A program made the position numbers and the translations under genes. A stretch of 64,000 nucleotides of DNA from Psammoneis japonica (lineage: Eukaryota), in contig QPGO01000291.1 of the NCBI GenBank assembly GCA_008632985.1, positions 1 through 64,000 of the forward strand, given 5' to 3'. The notes beneath the pieces were generated by a model. That model saw nothing but the letters and a program-made list of their open reading frames with translations, made no database searches and had not been told where the DNA came from. Below are positions 23,898 to 33,764 of the stretch, piece by piece; within the stretch, counting starts at the first letter, position 1; each line of letters starts with the position of its first letter.

Positions 23898-26800
23898 CTT
23901 GCACCGCAAGAGGAGTCTTGTGCTCTGCTGGACATTAGGAAGCCCAGAAAAAGGGCCAAAGCAATTCACACTAGTCCAGCAGTCGTCGCCTGTATGAACA
24001 CTTCATTGGGTAAGGCGAAAAACAAGCCTCTGCGCGTTCTCCTTGACAGCGGAACATCGTCATCCATAATTTTGCGCAAATTCACGCGGAAACTCAGAAC
24101 AAAAGCATCCGCCACCAAACTCTGGGAAACCAAAGGAGGGCTCTTCACGACTGACAGTCGATGTAAGATCCAATTCTCCTTGCCCGAATTTGACAAACAC
24201 AAGATGATTGAAACAACGGTGTGTGTTGATGGCTCCCCTTCTTCTTCGAGTCGTTATGACATGATCATGGGACGCGACTTAATGTCAAGTCTTGGGACAA
24301 TGTTGGACTTCTCGAATGAAGAGATTAAATGGGAAGATGCAACTGCTCCCATGAAGAATGTTGACACACTCTTCGATGCCGATGTTTTTAAGTTGATTGC
24401 CGATCATGTTGAGGAATCTCATGCAGTGATCAGTCTTAATGACAGGGTCAATCGGATCCTTGACTCAGACTGTCACGCTGCAAACCTCAACAATGTGACC
24501 GCAGCAGCCACTCATCTAACTCCTGAAGAGCAGAAGCAGCTGAACTTCCTCTTAAAAAGATTTGAAAACCTTTTCGATGGTTCTCCAGGCAAATGGAATG
24601 GGAAACCGGTGGATTTAAAGTTGAAATCGGGCGTGAGTCCGCATCATGCCAAACCATTTCCCGCACCACAAGCCTTGGAGGCGACTGCTCGTAAGGAGGT
24701 TGAAAGACCATGCAAGTTGAAGGTCTCAAGAAAAATAAATTGTTCTGAATGGGCGGCTCCAACCTTTGTTCAACCCAAGAAAAATGGCAGAGTTCGGTTC
24801 TCACCCGACTTTCGTGAGCTAAATGAGAGGTTAATTCGCACTCCGTTTCCTCTGCCCAATGTTCAGGATGTGCCACAGAAGCTCGAAGGCTTCATGCATG
24901 CAACGTCCCTAGATTTAAACATGGGATGCCATCACATCGAATTGACGCCACATGCACGTCGCTTGTGCACGATCGTCATGCCTTGGGGCAAACATGAGTG
25001 CTGTGGACTCCCGATGGGAATCTGTGGAGCTCCAGACATTTTCCAAGAGCACATGAGTGAACTCATGGCAGGTCTGGAGTTCGTCAGAACTTGTGTTGAC
25101 GATGTGTTGTGTCTTGCAAAAGGTGATTTTCAAGACCACCTCAAGAAGCTTGAAACAGTGTTCTTGCGCCTAGAACAAGCCGGATTGAAGGTCAACGCCG
25201 AGAAGTCCTTTTTCGCTAAACCCGAAGTGGACTATCTAGGCTTTCATGTCACCCGCAAGGGCATCAGTCCGATTCCAAAAAAAGTAGAAGCGATTCACGC
25301 GATCGCAACTCCTAAAACTCGCAAGGAATTGCGACGCTTTGTCGGTGTGATCAACTGCTGTCGAGACATGTGGCCTCGACGATCTCATGTTTTAGCTCCT
25401 TTGGCCAAACTCACTTCTGCCCAAGTGAAGTGGCAATGGACCGAAACAGAACAAAAAGCCTTCGAAAATGTGAAGCGCATCATCTCCAAAGATGCACCAT
25501 CATCACACCCGAATTTTAATGCACCCTTTGAGACACACACCGATGCCAGCAATTCTCAATTGGGGGTGGTCATTGCTCAGAAAAACCGACCAATTGCCTT
25601 CTACAGCCGCAAGCTGAGTGGAGCGCAGACGCATTGTGCTGCAACGGAAAAAGAACTGTTGTCCACAGTGGAGACATTAAAAGAGTTCCGCAATGTGCTG
25701 TTTGGCCAACAGACAAATGTGCACACGGATCACAAAAATCTCACACACAAAAATTTCACAACGGACAGAGTCATGCATTGGCGTCTAACAACAGAAGAAC
25801 ACAGTCCCAAAATGACATGCCTTGAGGGCAAGGCAAACATTGTTGCAGATGCGACCAGCCGACTCACCATGAAGAAAATAGAACCCATGGAAACCCTCAG
25901 CACAGAAGAGCTGGCTGAAAAGGTCCCACCAAAATCCTGCGACAATGTCTTTCCGTTAAATTGCAAAGTTCTTGATTGTGAACAAAAACGGGACAAAGAC
26001 ATTCTCTCCCAATTGTCAAATGAGACGTTTCATACGAAGACTTTTCGTGGAGGCGAGCGAGACCGGTTGCTCACATGTCACAAGGACAAAATTGTCATCC
26101 CGAGGACGTTACAAAAGGCAGTGATGGATTGGTGTCATGCGCACCTTCTTCACCCTGGCACAAATCGAACAGAAGAAACAATCTCACAACACCTGTGGTG
26201 GTCCACCTTACGTGAAGACATACGAAAACACGTGTTGAGATGTGAGACGTGCCAAAAATTCAAAAAGAAACACAAGAAATGTGGACATTTGCCTCCCAAG
26301 TGCGCAGAATCCGCACCATGGGAACGACTGTGTGTGGACCTCATTGGGCCATACAAAATGCATCGTAAGGGAAAGAAAAAACCCCCAGTCCTGAAATGTT
26401 CAACTGTGATCGATCCAGCAACCGGATGGTTTGAAGTTGTGGAAATCCCAAACGAGGAGTCCACAACTGCAGCTGGACTGCTAGAACGAACATGGTCAAG
26501 TGGACATCCTTGGCCATCGTCAATCACACGTGACCGTGGAAGTGAGTTCATCGGACACCAATTTAGAGAAATGGTGCAAGATGATTGTGGCATTAAAGTC
26601 AAGCCTATAACTACACGAAATCCACAAGCAAACGCAATTATTGAACGCGTACATCAAGCACTGGGGAACATGCTCCGTACATTTGATTTACAACATACAC
26701 CTCTAGATACTGAGGATCCTTTCGCTGGAATACTATCAGCGGTAGCGTTTGCGGTACGTTCTACGTATCATACCACTACGCAAGCTACACCAGGACAACT

Positions 26801-27098
26801 AGTCTTCAATAGAGACATGATATTTAACGTCCAACATGTCGCAGACTGGAAATTAATCCAGCAGCGAAAACAAGAAATCATAAATAAAAATAACGCTCGA
26901 GAGAATGCTCGACGTACTCCTTACACGTACAGAGTAGGAGAAAAGATACTACTCGAGAAAGACTCGCAAAAATTAGAACAGCCCTATGTTGGACCGTATG
27001 TAATAACAACGGTACATACTAATGGCACAGTACAGATCAAACGCGGTAACGTTATTGACACTGTCAATATTCGTCGAATAATACCGTTTAACGACTGA
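23898..27098 (+). CDS. pol: Gypsy-2 pol (PR-RT-RNase H-IN), in frame with gag after a single TGA; RT motif mutated to CVDD
   Basis: LLDSG, WAAPTF, CVDDVL, TDAS...FYSRKL, HLLHPG...CETC zinc finger, VDLIGP / DRGSEF / NAIIER integrase, GPY motif. Confidence 0.93.
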   Translation, partial: LAPQEESCALLDIRKPRKRAKAIHTSPAVVACMNTSLGKAKNKPLRVLLDSGTSSSIILRKFTRKLRTKASATKLWETKGGLFTTDSRCKIQFSLPEFDKHKMIETTVCVDGSPSSSSRYDMIMGRDLMSSLGTMLDFSNEEIKWEDATAPMKNVDTLFDADVFKLIADHVEESHAVISLNDRVNRILDSDCHAANLNNVTAAATHLTPEEQKQLNFLLKRFENLFDGSPGKWNGKPVDLKLKSGVSPHHAKPFPAPQALEATARKEVERPCKLKVSRKINCSEWAAPTFVQPKKNGRVRFSPDFRELNERLIRTPFPLPNVQDVPQKLEGFMHATSLDLNMGCHHIELTPHARRLCTIVMPWGKHECCGLPMGICGAPDIFQEHMSELMAGLEFVRTCVDDVLCLAKGDFQDHLKKLETVFLRLEQAGLKVNAEKSFFAKPEVDYLGFHVTRKGISPIPKKVEAIHAIATPKTRKELRRFVGVINCCRDMWPRRSHVLAPLAKLTSAQVKWQWTETEQKAFENVKRIISKDAPSSHPNFNAPFETHTDASNSQLGVVIAQKNRPIAFYSRKLSGAQTHCAATEKELLSTVETLKEFRNVLFGQQTNVHTDHKNLTHKNFTTDRVMHWRLTTEEHSPKMTCLEGKANIVADATSRLTMKKIEPMETLSTEELAEKVPPKSCDNVFPLNCKVLDCEQKRDKDILSQLSNETFHTKTFRGGERDRLLTCHKDKIVIPRTLQKAVMDWCHAHLLHPGTNRTEETISQHLWWSTLREDIRKHVLRCETCQKFKKKHKKCGHLPPKCAESAPWERLCVDLIGPYKMHRKGKKKPPVLKCSTVIDPATGWFEVVEIPNEESTTAAGLLERTWSSGHPWPSSITRDRGSEFIGHQFREMVQDDCGIKVKPITTRNPQANAIIERVHQALGNMLRTFDLQHTPLDTEDPFAGILSAVAFAVRSTYHTTTQATPGQLVFNRDMIFNVQHVADWKLIQQRKQEIINKNNARENARRTPYTYRVGEKILLEKDSQKLEQPYVGPYVITTVHTNGTVQIKRGNVIDTVNIRRIIPFND

Positions 27099-27124
27099 CT
27101 CTAATGTGCAATTAGGGAGGCGAA

Positions 27125-27505
27125 TGCAATATGCGTTGTCATGTACGTATTATATATGTATATCTATATATTAAATAAAAGTATATTTCAATCGTACGTC
27201 AATCGTGGGTTCGTACGAAGTACAGATCAGTCACACAGAAGTGATCGGATGTCGAGAATCGCAAATGCGATCGTACGATGATGTTGACATCTTATGTGTC
27301 AATGTCAATCGTATCCGGACAATCTGTCGTCACGATCATATTCTCCGAAAGGCCTTTTGTCTGTAGGAGCAGTACAAAAGGTTTAGGCTGTTGAGAACCC
27401 GTTCGGAGAAACCCAAAATGATTGCGCAGAAACAATTCTCACAATTTTTTCACCTTTTGAACTTCGTTCTACTTTCGTTTACACTCGTTCTTCGAGCACG
27501 GTGCA
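27125..27505 (+). repeat. 3' LTR of Gypsy-2 (least mutated LTR in the window)
   Basis: Retains the TA-rich U3 tract tatatatgtatatctatatatt. Confidence 0.95.
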
Positions 27506-27720
27506 CATGTGTCCATGTGCTGTCAGACGTCCCTGCTCCTCAACTGCAGCTAAAAAGGCAGCTGGCCTGCCAATGCAGAAGTTAAAGTTTTCTCTTGGTT
27601 GGTTGGTGCAAACATGGGAGTTGGCCTCGTCCATCCCAATTTAAGCTGTTGCTTTGTCTCAACAAGTTCCAAGCAGTTGCTCAGCAAAAGCAGCCAATTT
27701 TTCTTCTTTCTTAGTTGGCT
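27506..27720 (-). pseudogene. Helitron Rep fragment upstream of the Gypsy-2 insertion
   Basis: Minus strand reads ...IGRPAAFLAAVEEQGRLTAHGHM and continues as QIWL at 22321. Confidence 0.75.
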
Positions 27721-27769
27721 GGTTGCGACCAGGGCGAGTTCCGGTCACCACAACAGGGGCATGCTTCAC

Positions 27770-28375
27770 GACCGGTGCAGTCCGATCACCGTGAAGGCTG
27801 CGATCAGTGCCATCCAATCACCGCAGCTCTGTGTGTTTTCTCACCACCTGTGTGATCAGGTTGCTGTGAGCACTGTGACTGGTGTCGTCCAGTCACCGCA
27901 GTGGATTTGTCCAGTTGATTGACGAACTGCATCGGCGCCATCCGATCACCACAGCGCTGTGTCGTTTTCTCACAACCTGTGCAATCAGGTCGCTGTGAGC
28001 ACTGCGACTGGTGTCATCCAGTCACCACAGCTGAGTGGATCAGTTGATTGACGAACTGCATCGGTGCTGTCCAATCACCGCAGCGCTGTGTCGTTTTCTC
28101 TCAACCTGTGCAATCAGGTCGCTGTGAGCACTGCGACTGGTGTTGTCCAGTCACCGCAGCTGAGTGGATTGGTTGATTGACAAACTGCATCGGTGCCATC
28201 CGATCACCGCAGTGCTGTGTTGTGTTCTCACAACCTGTGCGATCAGGTCTCTGTGAGAGCTGCGACTGGTGTCGTCCAGTCACCGCAGCTGAGCTTGTGC
28301 GTTGTCTCACAACCTGCGTTGCCAGGTCACTGTGAGAACTGAGAACTGCGATCGGTGTGGCCCGATCGCCGCAGT
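27770..28375. repeat. Minisatellite, 129-bp unit, about 4.5 copies, with internal hairpins
   Basis: ATCAGGT anchor at 27855, 27984, 28113 and 28242. Units contain GACTGG-N6-CCAGTC and ATCGG-N6-CCGAT inverted repeats. Confidence 0.85.
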
Positions 28376-28529
28376 TGGATGCTTTTTGTTTCCCTTTGCG
28401 CAAAGGTTTTGTCACAAAAAGTGAGACAAAAGTGTGCCTCTTTCACCTCCACGAAACGAGTGACGCATGCATTCCTCCCACGCACTTGTTCGCACCAGAC
28501 ATGCAACATCCTGCTGAGCTTTGTCGATG

Positions 28530-28640
28530 TTGAACATCCCAAGGGGTGAGACTCGGATCTTGTTCAAGTTGTTTCGGCCATCTGCTTTGAACATTCCATG
28601 GGGCAAGATTCGGGTCTTGTTCAAGTTGTTTCGGCAATCT
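28530..28640. repeat. About 58-bp tandem duplication
   Basis: ttgaacat...tcttgttcaagttgtttcggc occurs twice. Confidence 0.75.
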
Positions 28641-28951
28641 TTGTGGTGGGTGCAGCATTGCGCAAATTCTGCAGAATTGCGCTTTGGCGAGTCGCGGGGC
28701 AGTTGAGTTGGTCGTGTGGCAATGACAATGCGACTGACGTCATTCGGGTTTCCAACGCACGCGCAAATCCTCCAAATGGGTGATGGGCCCACTGGTGCCA
28801 GCAATGACGTCGACTCGTTTAGATTTCGTGCACAATGGCCGTGCGCGAATTTTTCAAATGCGGCGTGCTAACTCCACCTGTGCACCAAGCAATGTAGAAA
28901 GTCATTTTAAACAGACATCAAGACGCGTTGATTTGTTAAGACGCGTTCAGG

Positions 28952-31900
28952 TGCAGCATGCGACTGTTGCACACATGTTTGTGATTGTGTGTCATTTGTG
29001 TGTCAATCGCACCACAGTCGTGGATGCGTGCAAAGGACAGAACGATCACACAGAGTTGATCGGATGTCGAGAATTGCAAATACGATCGATTGACGATGTT
29101 GACATCTTGCGTGTCAATGGCAATCGCACCCGGACAATCTGTTGTCACGAATGTGTTCTCCGAAAGGCCTTTTGTCTGTAGAAGCAGCACAGAAGCTTTA
29201 GGCCATTGAGAACTCGTTCGGAGAAACCAAAAATCACAGAGCAAAATTCAATCTTATAATTTTCACTTTTCGAACTTCGTTCTACTTTCGTTTGCACTCG
29301 TTCTTCGAGCACAGTGCATTGTGTGTGCACACCACAGAAGGTAAAAAGCACGGAAAATGAAAATTTCAACTAATGTGCCTTTGTAAATTCTTCTATGAAC
29401 AGGAGCGAATCGCATCAGTTCTGCTGGAAACGATTTCCGAGCGGAAGAAGCTCAATCCGAGCAGCACCTCAAGATGGAACGCTGTTTTTCGTCTGCCAAA
29501 CAAGAGGATTCGCTCTAATGCGGTCTATTCCAAGCACCCAAGGATCAAGGGCTCTCAAGCACACCGCATTGTCAAAAAATCTACACCAATTCATGGTTGC
29601 AGAGAATGCAAGTTCCGAGTCGATCAGATCCGAGAAATGCGTCTACCATGCAAGGAGAGACTGTTGGAGAGTTTTTGGAGACCGAATCAACGAGCCTCGA
29701 GTCCAAGAGCAAGATGGAACCGTTGGAAAGTACCTCAAGAGTCTCGTGTCTCATGTCTTTCCAAGAATTGCACTTCAGAATCAGAGTTGTTATTTTCAAG
29801 ACGATCTGAAGAAAACAGAGCTGCTTGACAGCAAGAAAGCCTCTGTTAGACCCAAGAGGTCAATGATGAGAGTCCATGCGACCCTCAGATGGATTCTAAG
29901 TCGAATCTAGCGGGAAACCGAGCGCTGATTTATCAGCTGTCACTCGCACCGCAAGGATGGCAGCATCAGTCTACTGTCCAAAACAATCAACTGTTGCAAC
30001 TCATCCTTGATGAGCTGATTAAGTTTTGAGTCATCTAAAGGTCGTTCATGACGTCCGTGACGAAAAAACATATCAACTCAGGCTCTGATGGTGCAGTTGG
30101 TTCCAAAATAAAAAAGGTTCCAAATTTGGTTCCAAAAATGGTCTCCTGCATGGTGCCAGAACAATCCAAAGTGAATGCAAGGTCTCGTCTTTGAAAAAAG
30201 AATGCCCACATCACGGATTGAAGCCATTCTAAAAATGAACTAGCAAAAGAGTGCAAGGGTGACTCTGAAAGAGACCCAAAAATGCGCCGTTCAAATGGCA
30301 ATCGCACGCGGTCGCGTCGCGATAACGAAAATGCCGCTCGCAAAAAAAGAGATGAACGTCATGATTGATCAGGCGGTTCAAAAAATGCTCAAAGCGAGTT
30401 CCTTGAACAAAGAAAAAGAGCATGAGGGCAAAGAATCAGATTCTGACACCCTCAGTGAAGAAAAATGCCAATTTGATCGGATGATCCAGACTGAATCCGA
30501 AGAATAATTTTGGTCCATTCACGAATTACATGCTTTGCTGGATGTTAGGAAGCCTAGAAAAAAGGCAGAAATAATTCACACTAGTCCAGGAGTCATCATT
30601 TATATGAGTGCTTCCTTGGGAAAGGAGAAAAAAAAAAAGCATCTACGTGTTCCTGTCGATGACGGAACATCGTCAACCACAATTTTGCGCAAATTCGTGC
30701 GAAAGTTGAGAACACAAGAATCCGCCACCAAAAACTTGGGAAACCAAGGGTGAGCTCTTTACGACTGACAATAAACACCGAATTCAGTTCTCACTGTGCG
30801 AAATTTAAGGCATGCTGACATGCAAACAGCATGTGTTGAAAACACCAAATTTTCTTCAGGTTCAAATGACATGACCATGGGACGCGACTTAATGTCCAGT
30901 CCTGCAAGTCACATTGGACTGCGCAAATGAAGAAATCTAATGGGAAGAAGCAATTGCCTTATGAAGAATGTTCACACACTCTTCGATGCCGATGTTTTCA
31001 AGCTGAAAACCGATCACATTGAAAAATGTGACGCCGTGAATAGAGTCAATGACGGAACCAATGGACCTCGACTCACATCATCACGCCATCGATCTTAATC
31101 AAGTGACAACTGCGGCGATGCATCTAACCCAAATGAACACAACCAACTCAATCTTCTTCTTAAGAGGTTGAAATCGTTTTGAAAAGTTCCTCAGACGAAT
31201 GTGTGGGAAGCACCAGCGGATCTCATCGTGGAAAATCTGACGCGATTCCACGACGCGTGAGAACCTTCTCCTGTCACAGTCTTTGGAGGCGTCCAATCAA
31301 AAGGAGTTTGACCCACCATGAAAGATTGAAGTCTTAAGAATGAAATTGCTCTGAACAAGTCGCTCTGAGACTCATTGTCTGAAGAAAACAGGTCGAGTTC
31401 AACCGCACCCGACACTCAGAAGCTCAGTGTGAGGTTCATGCAGGTGGTGCATCCTTTGCCCAACATTCAGGAAATGCCATTGAAGCAAGAACGTTTCATG
31501 TGTGTAATCTATTTGATTCAAACATGGAATGCCACCATGTCAAATAAAAAAAGCACACGTCGTGCTCACACGAAAATCATGCCGTGGGGAGAAAATGAGC
31601 ACTGTGGACTTCCAATGAGAATCCACAGAGCCCCAGACATTTTTGTGCAACACTTGAGTGAACTCACAACAGGTTTGAAGTTGTCAGAACGACTGCATGT
31701 GATCGTTTGTGCCTGACAAAAGTAACTTCAAAATGTCACCTGTACAAGTGACAGCTTAATGCGGCATTCAAACGACTAGAACAGTCGCTTAGAAGGTTAA
31801 CAACAAAAGTCCTTCACCATTTAACTTGAAACAAACTATCAAGACTTCCGTGCGTAACGACATGCAATCGATTACAAAGAAAATGGAGGCGATTCAAGCA

Positions 31901-33678
31901 ATCGCAACACGAGAAAAACGTAAAGAACACTGCGACATCTCGTTGTCATGCGTTGCCATTGTCGAGACATGTAGTCTCAACAATCTCCTGTACAATGCTA
32001 GCCAAATTCACCTCAACAAAGGTCAAACGGCAAAAGTGCAAGTACGGAACGAAAAGTCTCCGAAAATATGGAGCGCATCAAATCAAAAACTATGTTGTCA
32101 TCATACACGGATTTCAACATCACACGTTACAACGGAAAAAAGAACTTCTGTCCATAGTGAAAACACTCATAAAATTCCGAAATGTGCTGTTTGGCCAACA
32201 GATTTATACACACACGGATCACAAGACACAACGGACAAAGTCATGCGTTGACAACTTCAGTCCCGAATTAGAATGCAACGAGGGCAAGGCGAACATCGTC
32301 GCGATGGACGCGATCAGCCGACTCACCATAGAAAATTGAATCCTACGACAATGTCCTGCCGTTAAAACGGGATAAAGACATTCCCTCCAAATTGTCGGAC
32401 GCGACACATCATACGAACACTTTTCGTGGAGGCGAGCGAGATCGAAAAATGCTCATGTCACAAGGACAAAATCGCCTTTTTAAAGGACGATTTAGGAAAA
32501 AACAGTGACAGATTGGCGTGCATTATACACACCCACTTCACACTGGCAAAAGACAATCTCACAACACCCGCGCGGTTGTGTTGTACAATGTACGAGGCAA
32601 GACATTAAAATGTGCATCATGTCGACACACGAGATGTGCCAAAGATCTAGAAAAAGAAAAGAAAAATGGACATTTGTCCACTCAGTGCACGAAACCAGTG
32701 CCTTCAGAATGACAAAATGACACCGGCATGTCAGAAAGAAACGTCCAAATGACGATTAAAATCCAACTGATAGATGGTTGAAGTGCAAAAAAAAAAAATC
32801 CACAATGGAATTCATGACCATCACAGGATTGATTGTCAAGACGAAATGGTCACAATGTCTTTGACCATCGTTTGTTGTTGCTTGTGAAACGTGGTGGTGC
32901 AGCAGAGCAACATGGCACACAAAGTAAGCCCGCCAAACCACATGAAATCCACAAGCAAGTGAGTGAACGCCACAATTAAGAGTGCACATTAAGCACTGGG
33001 CACGATGCCATGTACAATCGACATCAGGAAAAACACTTGCTCCAGGACAATTAGTCCTTGTGTTCATGTCAACAAGAACGTCAATGAGAATGCTCGACGT
33101 AACACTACACACACACACACCAAGTGAGAAACAAACAATGTCACTCTCAAAAGACATTCGGAAATTGGAGCGGCCCTGTGTTGCCCGTGCAAAACAACAA
33201 CAGTCATTGCCAATGGCACAATGCAGTGAAAGTGGAGACATTGTTGACACTGTCGATGTCCGTCGAATGATCCACTTGCAAATGACTCTAATGTGCAATT
33301 AGGGAGGCGAGTGCAGCATGCGACTGTCATGCACACATTTGTGATCATACATTGTTCACACGTCAATCGCACCACAGTCGTGGATGCGTGCAAAGGACAG
33401 AACGATCACACAGAGTTGATCGGATGTCGAGAATTGCAAATACGATCGATTGACGATGTTGACATCTCACGTGTCAATGGCAATCGTATCCGGACAATCT
33501 GTTGTCACGAACACATTCTCCGAAAGGCCTTTTGTCTGTAGAAGCAGTGCAGAAGCTTTGGGCCATTGAGAACTCGTTCGGAGAAACCAAAAATCACAGA
33601 GCAAAATTCAATCTTATAATTTTCACTTTTCGAACTTCGTTCTACTTTCGTTTACACTCGTTCTTCGAGCACAGTGCA
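28952..33678 (+). mobile_element. Ty3/Gypsy copy 3: related subfamily, internally decayed and non-autonomous
   Basis: 367-bp LTRs 28952-29318 and 33312-33678, 4-bp TSD CAGG (28948-28951, 33679-33682), PPT AGGGAGGCGAG. Internal fragments (KMLKASS, DDGTSSTTILRKF, MPWGENEHCGLPM, FRNVLFGQQIYTHTDHK) are colinear with Gypsy-2 but full of indels. Confidence 0.92.
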
Positions 33679-33764
33679 CAGGCGGGAAAATCCGTTTTGA
33701 AACTAAGCCTGCTTCTCATCGTCATCGTCCTTGTGCACCCGTGCAATTCGAGTGCACAAGCTGG

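Larger units (their letters stand above)
22326..27505 (+). mobile_element. Ty3/Gypsy LTR retrotransposon copy 2 (full length, ORFs open but missense-loaded)
   Basis: 381-bp LTRs 22326-22706 and 27125-27505, 4-bp TSD CATG (22322-22325, 27506-27509), PPT AGGGAGGCGAA 27114-27124. Confidence 0.96.
18890..28885 (-). mobile_element. Helitron-family rolling-circle element (internally deleted, hypermutated), interrupted by Gypsy-2
   Basis: HUH Rep motif VEEQGRLTAHGHMQIWL is reconstituted across the Gypsy-2 insertion, with a PIF1 helicase downstream and internal minisatellites. Termini are approximate, taken from similarity to 33765-34297. Confidence 0.78.

Noticed and set aside
23898..27098. Diversity-generating retroelement (RT plus adenine-specific variation)
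   Set aside because: The RT lies in a Gypsy pol with RNase H and integrase, changes are transitions on both strands over kilobases, and there is no TR/VR pair.
22326..27505. ADAR-type RNA editing or RT error before integration
   Set aside because: A->G and T->C are mixed on the same strand, the two LTRs differ from each other, and non-retro DNA (Helitron, dctQM) is equally affected.
27770..28375. Regularly spaced palindromic repeats resembling a CRISPR array
   Set aside because: The intervening sequences are also repeated (whole 129-bp units), there are no cas genes, and the context is a eukaryotic Helitron.
3511..33678. Classical RIP or 5mC deamination as the cause of the TG/CA excess
   Set aside because: Both are C->T. 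Here the ancestral state is TA (conserved Tyr codons, the unmutated island) and CG is largely retained in these elements. CG decay is only a secondary contribution.
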